A DNA stretch of 55,930 nt from the IMG/VR virus record IMGVR_UViG_3300009104_001126, positions 1-55,930 of that record, one strand, 5' to 3'. How positions within the stretch are numbered: the first letter of the stretch is position 1; every line of letters starts with the position of its first letter. Of the stretch, positions 47,706 to 55,930 are shown in pieces. A program made the position numbers and the translations under genes. Source of the DNA: a virus (lineage: Duplodnaviria; Caudoviricetes). The notes below the pieces were generated by a model that saw only the letters and a list, made by a program, of their open reading frames with translations, was not told the DNA's origin and ran no database searches.

Positions 47706-48563
47706 ATGATATTAATTGATTATAATCAGATGATAATTGCAAATTTCATGCAATTTCGAAAACAGTTTGAACCAGGTAAAGAAGATTCCATAATGAGGCA
47801 CATGGTTCTGAACAATATTAAAATGATTAAAAATAAATTTAGTGCCAAATATGGAAAAGATATAGTTTTTTGTTGTGATAGCAAAAAGAATTGGCGTAAA
47901 GATGTTTTTCCTTATTATAAAGCCAATAGAAAAAAAGTAAGAGAAGAGAATAAACAAAATGTAGACTGGGAAGCTCTGTTTAATATTCTTGATGGCATTC
48001 GAGATGAAATTGCTGAAAATATGCCTTATAGAGTAGTTGCATTAGACGGATGTGAAGCAGATGACATTATTGGTGTTATTTGTAAAAATTATTCTCATAA
48101 AGATTATAATATATTAATAGTTTCCTCAGATAAAGATTTTATTCAATTGCAACGATATCCTAATGTATTTCAATGGTCACCTCGAACCAAAAAATTCATT
48201 AAAGAGTCAGATCCGGAAAAACAATTGCGTGCCTTAATAGTAAAAGGCGATAGAAGTGACGGGATACCTAATATTCTTTCAAACGATACTTGTTTAGTAG
48301 AAGGAATGAGACAAAAGCCAATGTCTAAGCGGAAGATCCTAGATTGGCTAAATATAATACCGGAAAAGGCATTCGAGGGGGAGATCTTACGTAACTTCAA
48401 ACGCAATGAAACCTTAATAGATTTGGGGCGTATCCCAGATAAAATAGAGATAAATATAAAAACACGATATGAAAGTGAACAATATCTAGGTCGTGAAAGG
48501 ATGCTTAATTATTTCATTAAGCACCGCCTTAAAGATATGACTGAATCGATACAGGAGTTTTAG
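47706..48563 (+). CDS. rnh: RNase H / 5'-3' exonuclease
   Basis: ILIDYNQ, WRKDVFPYYKANR, EADDII, SSDKDF, GDRSDGIPN. Confidence 0.95.
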   Translation: MILIDYNQMIIANFMQFRKQFEPGKEDSIMRHMVLNNIKMIKNKFSAKYGKDIVFCCDSKKNWRKDVFPYYKANRKKVREENKQNVDWEALFNILDGIRDEIAENMPYRVVALDGCEADDIIGVICKNYSHKDYNILIVSSDKDFIQLQRYPNVFQWSPRTKKFIKESDPEKQLRALIVKGDRSDGIPNILSNDTCLVEGMRQKPMSKRKILDWLNIIPEKAFEGEILRNFKRNETLIDLGRIPDKIEINIKTRYESEQYLGRERMLNYFIKHRLKDMTESIQEF

Positions 48564-48566
48564 ATT

Positions 48567-49034
48567 ATGGCTAGATCACTATTAGAATTATTGGAATTAG
48601 TAGACAAGGCAAAAAGCCAAAAGGAGCGAGGAGAGCTACTTAAACAAAATCATACAGATCATCTGGAGAACTTATTGTGGTACACGTTCCATCCGGATGT
48701 AAAATTTTTGTTGCCAGAGGGGAAGCCGCCGTTTAACGCTGGTGCCGAAGATCCGAGTTCAACAATGATGTTTCAACAAATACGTAAATTACGTTATTTT
48801 GTAGAAGGACCCGGAGGAGAAGCTTTTTGTGTGGGAAACAATATTAATCCAATTAAAAGAGAAACGATGTACATAGGAATGTTAGAGAGCGTTACACCAA
48901 GAGAAGCCGAGTTTCTTGTAAATATAAAAAAGAAAGATCTCGGAATAAAAGGCCTAACTTACAAACTCGTAAGTGAAACTTTTCCCCATCTGTTACCACC
49001 AATGCAAACAGCTAAAGAATCTAGCAACACTTAG
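48567..49034 (+). CDS. Conserved T4-like hypothetical protein
   Basis: LPEGKPP, KRETMYIGMLES, ETFP. Confidence 0.75.
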   Translation: MARSLLELLELVDKAKSQKERGELLKQNHTDHLENLLWYTFHPDVKFLLPEGKPPFNAGAEDPSSTMMFQQIRKLRYFVEGPGGEAFCVGNNINPIKRETMYIGMLESVTPREAEFLVNIKKKDLGIKGLTYKLVSETFPHLLPPMQTAKESSNT

Positions 49035-49091
49035 AATAGATAAACATATCATAATAATGGAAATGTGACTTAACATTTCGGAGCAAGTTAT

Positions 49092-49700
49092 ATGAAATTT
49101 TTATTAGCTTTGGTTATAGCTGTGGGAGTTCTTACTTACCCAGCAAAAATAGTTATACAGGATAAGGAAGCCGTGGCGGCGAAGACAAATATGCCAGGCG
49201 TCCATCAACCAACAGATCTCCTGTTAACTGAAAATACTTCACTTATTGGTCCAACTGGTTCACCGAGGATGGACGCAATGATATCAGTAGACCAAAAAGA
49301 AGTCGCCTGTCTGGCAAAAAATATATATTTTGAAGCCGCAGTAGAAAGTACTGCTGGGAAATTGGCCGTAGCGCACGTTACTTATAATAGAGTTCGAAGC
49401 GGGCATTTTCCTAATACTTATTGTGAAGTAATTTTTCAAGGAGCTCATACCAGTACCGGTTTTCCAGTACGAGATCGATGTCAATTTAGTTGGTATTGTG
49501 ATGGGGTTCATGATACACCGTATCCAGGAAAAACTTGGCAAAAAGTACAAGATTTAGCAGAGTATTTTTATACACACGAAAACCTTAGAGATATAACAGA
49601 TGGTGCTACTCATTATCACGCTGATTATATTAATAATCCTAGGTGGACTACATATAAAAAGAAAACGGTTAAAATAGATACACACATTTTTTATAGGTAA
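49092..49700 (+). CDS. SleB/CwlJ-like cell wall hydrolase
   Basis: Signal/TM segment, CLAKNIYFEA, NRV, CQFSWYCDG, GATHYHA, HIFY. Confidence 0.9.
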   Translation: MKFLLALVIAVGVLTYPAKIVIQDKEAVAAKTNMPGVHQPTDLLLTENTSLIGPTGSPRMDAMISVDQKEVACLAKNIYFEAAVESTAGKLAVAHVTYNRVRSGHFPNTYCEVIFQGAHTSTGFPVRDRCQFSWYCDGVHDTPYPGKTWQKVQDLAEYFYTHENLRDITDGATHYHADYINNPRWTTYKKKTVKIDTHIFYR

Positions 49701-49703
49701 ATT

Positions 49704-49967
49704 ATGCCAACATATGATTATGGTTGCGTGGAATGTGATTACGAAGTTGAAGAGATTCTTCCCATTGCAAGAAGGCATGAGCCTTTGGAAAGCCCTTGCC
49801 CGAAGTGCAATGGAAGAATTGAACAGAAAATTGCATGTCCGGGATTTGTATATGATAACATTTCGGGTACGACCGCTAAGGGTCATAAGAAAAAGCCAGA
49901 CCAAGCTTTTACAGATCACCTGAAACAAATAAAGCGAAATTATCCTGGAGCAACAATGAATGTTTGA
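49704..49967 (+). CDS. FmdB-family zinc ribbon protein
   Basis: MPTYDYGCVEC...CPKC. Confidence 0.85.
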   Translation: MPTYDYGCVECDYEVEEILPIARRHEPLESPCPKCNGRIEQKIACPGFVYDNISGTTAKGHKKKPDQAFTDHLKQIKRNYPGATMNV

Positions 49968-50604
49968 TCATGTAGACCTTGAGTTTGAAGAATTAAATTC
50001 AATCACAAAAAATGGTTCTAGAGTTTATGATACTCCTGACGGAACCTTTCCATCAATTACAACAGTATTAGGTAGAAAAAAAGCTCAATTCTTTAAAGAA
50101 TGGAGAGCTAGAATTGGTGAAGAAGAAGCCAATAAAATAACAACTCAAGCGACCCGCCGTGGAACAAAAGTCCACAAAGTTATAGAAAATTATATTTTTA
50201 ATAAAGAAGATTATTTCGAAAATTCATTACCGAATGTTCGAGAGATGTTTAATACTGTTAAACCCCATTTAGATGATAAGCTCGCTAATATTGCAGGTAT
50301 AGAAATTCCACTATGGAGTAAACATTTAGGAGTTGCTGGTCGTTGTGATTGTGTAGCCGATTGGAAAGGGCAGAAAGCAATTATAGATTGGAAAACATCT
50401 TCGAAGCCCAAAAAGAAAGAATGGGTTGAAGAATATTTTCTCCAGGCTACAGCTTATTCCATAATGTTTGAAGAAAGAACAGAAATTCCAATAAATAATA
50501 TTGTAATAGTAATTGCTGTTGAAAATGAAGAACCTCAAATTTTTGAAGAAAAATCTTTTGATTATTGGAAGTTGCTTGAATCAACATTAAAGGAGTGGCT
50601 ATGA
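49960..50604 (+). CDS. PD-(D/E)XK exonuclease
   Basis: PSITTVL, RGTKVH, AGRCDC, IIDWKTS, QATAY. Confidence 0.88.
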   Translation: MFDHVDLEFEELNSITKNGSRVYDTPDGTFPSITTVLGRKKAQFFKEWRARIGEEEANKITTQATRRGTKVHKVIENYIFNKEDYFENSLPNVREMFNTVKPHLDDKLANIAGIEIPLWSKHLGVAGRCDCVADWKGQKAIIDWKTSSKPKKKEWVEEYFLQATAYSIMFEERTEIPINNIVIVIAVENEEPQIFEEKSFDYWKLLESTLKEWL

Positions 50605-51389
50605 AAGTATTAATTACCGGAGTTAAGGGATTTATTGGTCATCACTTATATAATTTTTTATCTGAAGAGGGACATGAAGTTTATGGTATCGATAATTGTT
50701 CAGGATTAGGTTGGGATAGTCGAGATGTTCCTCACGAAGATTGTGATATTACTAAAGATGAACTACCACATACCGATGCAGATGCAGTAGTTCATTTAGC
50801 AGGGAAAGCTGGTGTTCGCGATAGCTGGAAACCAAAATATTTAAAAAAATATTATGATATTAATGTTACCGGAACTAAACGAATTTTTGATACCTACGCA
50901 AATTCTAGAATTTATTATGCATCGAGTTCATCTGTTAAAGATTTAAAAAGCCCTTATGCGATGACAAAAGCTATGTGTGAAGTCATGGCACCTATACATG
51001 CTATAGGGATGAGATTTTTTACTGTATGGGGGCCTCAATCTCGACCCGATATGTTTTATAGACAATTGCAAGAAGGAAAAATTGGATATTTAACAACCCA
51101 TACAAGAGATTGGTTGCATGTAACAGATTGTGTAAAAGCAATCTATTTAATTATGACAGAAACTTTTATATCTCTTCAACATTTTCCAAGAGTATATGAC
51201 ATTGGATATGGCACACCTAAATCTGTTTACGATTTTGCTAAAGAAAATGCTCCCGAAGATTTTGATATTGATTCAATTGATTTTAAAAATGTAACTGGCG
51301 AAAGTGAAGAAACTTGTGCTGATCCTACCGAAATTAAAAAGTTGGGTTGGAAACCGGGTTTGCCTAGTGATGATTTCTATGTAGAATAA
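50601..51389 (+). CDS. NAD-dependent nucleotide-sugar epimerase/dehydratase (WcaG-like)
   Basis: ITGVKGFIG, HLAG, ASSSS, YAMTK, RFFTVWG. Confidence 0.9.
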   Translation: MKVLITGVKGFIGHHLYNFLSEEGHEVYGIDNCSGLGWDSRDVPHEDCDITKDELPHTDADAVVHLAGKAGVRDSWKPKYLKKYYDINVTGTKRIFDTYANSRIYYASSSSVKDLKSPYAMTKAMCEVMAPIHAIGMRFFTVWGPQSRPDMFYRQLQEGKIGYLTTHTRDWLHVTDCVKAIYLIMTETFISLQHFPRVYDIGYGTPKSVYDFAKENAPEDFDIDSIDFKNVTGESEETCADPTEIKKLGWKPGLPSDDFYVE

Positions 51390-52534
51390 TGTTATGCAGT
51401 TATCCTTTTAAACAAATAACTTTAAGAGATTGGGATGGTGATAGAATTAAGTGGTTCCATCCTTGTTGTAATATGTCTCGGCCAGATTGGGAAGATCCAA
51501 TGGAATGGCTCGATACAGACCTTTCCCCCGAAGAAGCTTTTAATTCAAAACAATTTAAAGAACTACGAGAAGCTTTATCCAATAATATAAAACATCCGTT
51601 TTGTAAAACATGTTGGGATATGGAAGATAGAGGTATCGAATCTTTCAGAATCCATAATGATGATACTAAGCCCAGAGGAAAATTAGATGTAGTAGATTTT
51701 ATTGCTTCTAATAAATGTAATCTTGCTTGTAGAATGTGCGATCCTCAAACAAGTCATAGATTAATGTTAGACTTTGAATTTTTTAGTAGAGAACATTTAC
51801 TTCACGAAGTTGAAGAAGCCACATGCGGCAAATTCAGAGGAAGAATTACAATTCCAAGGACTTCTAATTCAAAGCAATATCAATGGTTGTTAAATAATCC
51901 AGTAAAGGAACTTAGATTTAGTGGAGGAGAACCATTTTTCGATGCTCAAATTTTAAAACTCCTTGACAGATATATTGAAAAAGGTTGGGCTAAAGACACG
52001 ATCCTTGCGTATCATTCCAATGGTACGATGTTTAATACTCATCTGATAAATAAATTAAATAAGTTTAAGAAACAACATCCCAAATTAAGTATCGATGGTG
52101 TTGAAGAATGTTATGAATATATAAGATATCCCCAATCGTTTGATGAGTTGGATAGATCTATAAGATTATTTCTAAAAACATCCACAAATTTGGGAAGAGT
52201 AAATATTGCAGTTGTTGTTTCTGCTTTAAATATTTTAGATTTACACGAACATTGGCAATGGTGTTGTTCTTTACCAAAGAAAGTTTATATTTCATATTGT
52301 GAAGTATATCCAGATTCTCGCGGTATAAGTCCAATACATTTAAATGTAGATTTATTGAAAAAAGTTCCATGGTTAGATTCAAAGAAATTTAATCAGATAT
52401 GTAAATCATATGTTAAAAGAAATGCAGAGAATAAAAATTTAATGCTTAAAGAAATAACATTATTTGATTATTCCCGAAATCAAAAATTTCAAGATTTTTT
52501 GCATCCACATTTAACTCAATGGTTAATTAAATAA
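51389..52534 (+). CDS. Radical SAM protein with N-terminal SPASM/twitch-like Cys cluster
   Basis: CNLACRMC, GGEPF, SNG, SIDG; N-terminal C...CC...CxxC. Confidence 0.92.
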   Translation: MLCSYPFKQITLRDWDGDRIKWFHPCCNMSRPDWEDPMEWLDTDLSPEEAFNSKQFKELREALSNNIKHPFCKTCWDMEDRGIESFRIHNDDTKPRGKLDVVDFIASNKCNLACRMCDPQTSHRLMLDFEFFSREHLLHEVEEATCGKFRGRITIPRTSNSKQYQWLLNNPVKELRFSGGEPFFDAQILKLLDRYIEKGWAKDTILAYHSNGTMFNTHLINKLNKFKKQHPKLSIDGVEECYEYIRYPQSFDELDRSIRLFLKTSTNLGRVNIAVVVSALNILDLHEHWQWCCSLPKKVYISYCEVYPDSRGISPIHLNVDLLKKVPWLDSKKFNQICKSYVKRNAENKNLMLKEITLFDYSRNQKFQDFLHPHLTQWLIK

Positions 52535-52544
52535 GGGGAAATGA

Positions 52545-52964
52545 ATGTCACATATGAATTTTAAAATGGTCGGAACGAAAACGAAAGAAGGCGGCTGGGA
52601 TGATATAAGAGAATTTAAACGTGAACATCTTATAGATACTCCGGGTTATGTTGATGACACAGGACTCTTGGTTCAATTCGAAGACAAATTAACTAATTCA
52701 GTTATAACTTGTAATGAATGTTTTGTTCCCTCAGAAAATGCATCATATCATAAATTAGAAATTGATACTGACGCTGACGATTTAATAAACAATCTTAAAA
52801 CTGCAATAGATGCTACTTCTAGTTGGAATCTCGTAAATGTTTCTTATATAACTGATGAAGAATTTAATACAGCGAGTACGGGACAAACTTTAATGGCTTG
52901 TTGTGGTAATTGTGCGACGGGAACTGAATTAATTGCTGTTTGTTTAGCGAGTCGTGCTGGATAA
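52545..52964 (+). CDS. Hypothetical protein, Cys-containing
   Basis: 139 aa, AAGGGG RBS; CNEC and CCGNC...C. Confidence 0.7.
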   Translation: MSHMNFKMVGTKTKEGGWDDIREFKREHLIDTPGYVDDTGLLVQFEDKLTNSVITCNECFVPSENASYHKLEIDTDADDLINNLKTAIDATSSWNLVNVSYITDEEFNTASTGQTLMACCGNCATGTELIAVCLASRAG

Positions 52965-52979
52965 AATAAAATGGAATAA

Positions 52980-54032
52980 GTGATAATTGAAATTGATAGA
53001 ATTAAATATCAAACTATTCAAGATTTGTTATTAGATTATGATCTCATAAAATATCCCACTTCAGAACGAATTGTATTTTTGGATTTGAATGAGGCCGGCC
53101 ATTATTATCCCTACTCTACCACTCAATTATGGAAATTCAATAGTTTATATCATATCTACAAAAATCTTCACATAAAAAATTATAAGAATACTTATTTTTA
53201 TAATAATGATATTAATTTAAATCATAATCACAATCAAGTAAAAAAATTAATGCAAATAAAGGAAGGTATTAATGTTAAGAGCTTTCCGTGGTATACTGTT
53301 TGTAGAGGGTTTAAAAGGGGCGATTTTGCGCATGAAAATGTTAATAAGGGTTTACTATATAATGTTATCTTTATGTGCGGTGAGCAGAGATTAAACAGGC
53401 TTATGATACTAAATGAACTACATGAGTTCGACAACTTTGCTTATTCTAATAGGGTTCCTAGAATAGTTGACCCCGAGCCCATTACTTCATTAGATTTTTT
53501 AAATGATGATAATCTTTTAGTGAACGGAATAAAAACAAATTCCGATGTAATAACTCCTTCGTTTGTATTCAAAAAAGGTTCTTGGTGCACATCTATTAAA
53601 AAAGAATTAACAGATAGAAAAAATATAAACATATTAGGAGATGTTCCTGAGGAATATCTTTATTCGGCGATTGAATTAGTCGGAGAAAGTTATACAGATA
53701 AGGGTTGTTGTTTAACTGAGAAAGTTTTGAAACCACTATATTATAAAAAGCCCTTTATTTCTATGGCGAGTAAAGGTTATCACACATTTCTCAAAAATCA
53801 AGGATTTTATTTGTATGATGAACTTTTTGATTATAGTTTTGATAATAGTTCCTTCAAGGTCAGATTTAATTCAATTATGGATCAAATAAAAAATATTTTA
53901 AGCCAACCAACAGAAAAATTGAAAAATGAAATAAATAATATTAAATCTAAATTAAAACACAATCATAAATTGATCAAGCAAAAAATAGAAGAAAATAATT
54001 ATTGCCTAGATGTGAAAAATATACATGATTAA
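52980..54032 (+). CDS. Hypothetical protein (GT-like C-terminal domain)
   Basis: ELVGES...LTEKVLKP...KPFI...GFYLYDELFDYSFD. Confidence 0.65.
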   Translation: MIIEIDRIKYQTIQDLLLDYDLIKYPTSERIVFLDLNEAGHYYPYSTTQLWKFNSLYHIYKNLHIKNYKNTYFYNNDINLNHNHNQVKKLMQIKEGINVKSFPWYTVCRGFKRGDFAHENVNKGLLYNVIFMCGEQRLNRLMILNELHEFDNFAYSNRVPRIVDPEPITSLDFLNDDNLLVNGIKTNSDVITPSFVFKKGSWCTSIKKELTDRKNINILGDVPEEYLYSAIELVGESYTDKGCCLTEKVLKPLYYKKPFISMASKGYHTFLKNQGFYLYDELFDYSFDNSSFKVRFNSIMDQIKNILSQPTEKLKNEINNIKSKLKHNHKLIKQKIEENNYCLDVKNIHD

Positions 54033-55080
54033 AATAGATACTACCATTACGATTCCTGATAAGAATTTTGATTCTAAAAAAGATTGGAAAGATTATTGTG
54101 TTTCTAATTTTGTTCCGGAAAAGACTGATCCCTTACGAATTTATAATTTCGAACTTATGGAAAAATATGGTGATGGATTTTTCTATTTAATATTTCATAA
54201 ACCAAATAAAGGTATATTAAATCATATCTATCAAACATATGATGAGTATGAAAAAAGTATAAAATTAAGAAATGATCAAAAGAAATTATTAGAATCTAAT
54301 AATATAGTTTATAATGTTTCTGAACCTTATGAAATTAATGATAGTGTACTAACGAAAAAACAATATTATAATTTGCATACTGCTAATTTAGTTCCGTTAG
54401 ATATTAAAATTAATGTTGATTCTTTTTTATTAGAAATTGAAAGATATAAGGATAATTTTTTTAGATGGGGTGATAGGTATAAAGAATATCCAAGATATGC
54501 AATACCGTTGATTAATTTAAATGGAAAATTAGATAATGATTCTGAACCAGCATGTTATCCTTTAGATAGGTGGAATTTTTTACAAACCGGTTTAGAAGAT
54601 AATGCTGAAAATTTTACTGATTATGTATTCAATATGAGTCATTTTGAAAAAAATGATATTTTATTTGAAACAAGTTTTAAAGAGCAAACAGAGTTAATGG
54701 AGTTTAGAAGTTTAAAAGCTTTGGAACCTATTAAAGAATATATGGTTCGTTCCTGTATTTTTAAATGGCATTCAATGGGCCATCTTTTACCACATTTTGA
54801 TACTTGGCATCCTACAAAATGGTTGAGACTTTGGGGTACAACAGATCCTGAAAAAATGAAAATAAGATATAAGGTTAGTGGTGAGGGCTTTGTTGAAAAT
54901 AAATTAACTAATAAATTTGAAAAATATATACCTGAAAAAAATATTGAACCAGGAAGATTATATTTACATGATAGTTTAAAATGGCATGATGCATTTGCAT
55001 TTGATGATGAAGTTTATCAATTCTTTATTGCATTAAATGTTGATAGTTATGATTGTATTAAAAAATTAAAATTATGTTAG
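54025..55080 (+). CDS. Hypothetical protein, possible Fe/2OG (cupin) oxygenase
   Basis: PHFD...EPGRLY...WHDA pattern. Confidence 0.55.
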   Translation: MIKIDTTITIPDKNFDSKKDWKDYCVSNFVPEKTDPLRIYNFELMEKYGDGFFYLIFHKPNKGILNHIYQTYDEYEKSIKLRNDQKKLLESNNIVYNVSEPYEINDSVLTKKQYYNLHTANLVPLDIKINVDSFLLEIERYKDNFFRWGDRYKEYPRYAIPLINLNGKLDNDSEPACYPLDRWNFLQTGLEDNAENFTDYVFNMSHFEKNDILFETSFKEQTELMEFRSLKALEPIKEYMVRSCIFKWHSMGHLLPHFDTWHPTKWLRLWGTTDPEKMKIRYKVSGEGFVENKLTNKFEKYIPEKNIEPGRLYLHDSLKWHDAFAFDDEVYQFFIALNVDSYDCIKKLKLC

Positions 55081-55930
55081 ATAAAGATCCTGATAATTTA
55101 CCATCAGAAACTTTTTGTGCGTTACCTTGGATGCATATTTCTACTCGACCTTCTGGTCATATGAGAGTGTGTTGTACGGCGAATGCATCTGCAGTACAGG
55201 ATAAAAATTCAACAAATAAAACAATTTCAGAAGCAGGTGTTCTCAGAAGGGATGATGGCAAGCCTGCTAATTTAGCAACAACACGTCTACTCGATGCATG
55301 GAATAATGAGTATATGAAATCCGTGCGCAGAATGATGCTTAAAGGTGAGCGTCCTGCATCTTGTTTAAAGTGTTTTAAGGAGGAAGATGCCGGACATAGA
55401 AGTAAAAGACAATGGGAAACTGCCAAGTGGATCAATGAACTCGGATTGGATGATATTCTCAGTGGAACAGGAGAAGACGGTACCATTCCGCCAAGAGTAC
55501 GGTACATTGATCTTCGGCTTGGTAGTAAGTGTAATCTTGCATGCGTCATGTGTAGCCCTCATGATTCATCAAAATGGGTAAAAGAATATAAACAAATTTG
55601 GCCCACTCTGGAAAACAGAAGACTCAAGTCTAGTATGGAGTGGGAAAAGGAATCTGGAAAATTAGCATGGTCGGGTGGTTCATATGCATGGCATAAAAAG
55701 AATCCAGAATTTTGGGAAGATTTTTATAAACAAGTACCTACACTAAGGCAATTATATTGGGCTGGTGGTGAAGCCCTTATAATGAATGAACATTATGAAG
55801 TTCTTGAAAAAATTATTGAAATGGGATTTGCTAAAAATATAGAAGTGAGATACAATTCAAATGGTATAGAATGGCAACCTCAATTATTTGATTTATGGAA
55901 AGAATTTAAAAACGTAATCTTTCATTTTAG
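55074..55930 (+). CDS. Radical SAM protein with N-terminal SPASM/twitch-like domain, partial (runs off window)
   Basis: MLDKDPDNLPSETFCALPWMH...RVCC...CLKC...KCNLACVMC...AGGE...NSNG; absent from the track because it has no stop in the window. Confidence 0.9.
   Translation, partial: MLDKDPDNLPSETFCALPWMHISTRPSGHMRVCCTANASAVQDKNSTNKTISEAGVLRRDDGKPANLATTRLLDAWNNEYMKSVRRMMLKGERPASCLKCFKEEDAGHRSKRQWETAKWINELGLDDILSGTGEDGTIPPRVRYIDLRLGSKCNLACVMCSPHDSSKWVKEYKQIWPTLENRRLKSSMEWEKESGKLAWSGGSYAWHKKNPEFWEDFYKQVPTLRQLYWAGGEALIMNEHYEVLEKIIEMGFAKNIEVRYNSNGIEWQPQLFDLWKEFKNVIFHF

Noticed and set aside
49960-50604. Cas4 or CRISPR-associated nuclease
   Set aside because: Lacks the four-Cys Fe-S motif; matches the common T4-like phage exonuclease
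137-53632. Numerous short antisense or out-of-frame track ORFs (e.g. 8250..8765, 20431..20742, 34180..34569, 40413..40820, 42668..42874)
   Set aside because: They overlap well-supported genes, show no recognisable motifs, and read as reverse-frame low-complexity translations
55157-55581. Three short track ORFs at the right end
   Set aside because: Shadows of the radical SAM gene starting at 55074
1-55930. Stop-codon recoding
   Set aside because: Core genes are full length in the standard code, and TAA, TGA and TAG all end genes at coupled junctions; the only tRNA found is not a suppressor

Overview
This is a 55.9 kb segment of a large, AT-rich T4-like myovirus, probably an aquatic-type relative of the T4-like cyano/pelagiphages; the host cannot be determined from this window. 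It holds the core replisome (gp45, gp44, gp62, RegA, gp43, UvsX, gp40-like, gp41, gp61, RNase H), nucleotide metabolism genes (dUTPase, PRTase, ThyX, class II NrdJ, 5'-nucleotidase) and a CobS-like AAA+/VWA pair. It also holds a block of probable capsid-internal and structural proteins, and many surface/sugar-modification genes (LpxA-like, carbamoyltransferase, GmhA, HddA, glycosyltransferases, WcaG-like, radical SAM). Nearly all genes are on the + strand, with sigma70-like early promoters and T4-type late promoters (TATAAATA). The most striking feature is a two-gene minus-strand unit behind a late promoter (6378-7394). It pairs a catalytic-domain-only Asn/Asp-tRNA-synthetase-like protein (no anticodon-binding domain) with a non-canonical 110-nt tRNA-Asn(GUU) that has a 38-nt variable arm and U37, a candidate orthogonal synthetase/tRNA or tRNA-dependent Asn system. 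Second is a cluster of enzymes (ligase-like nucleotidyltransferase, HAD phosphatase, HxGH nucleotidyltransferase, nuclease-like protein) whose N-termini resemble the T4 capsid-targeting sequence. All family calls come from motif recognition by eye; no searches were run.
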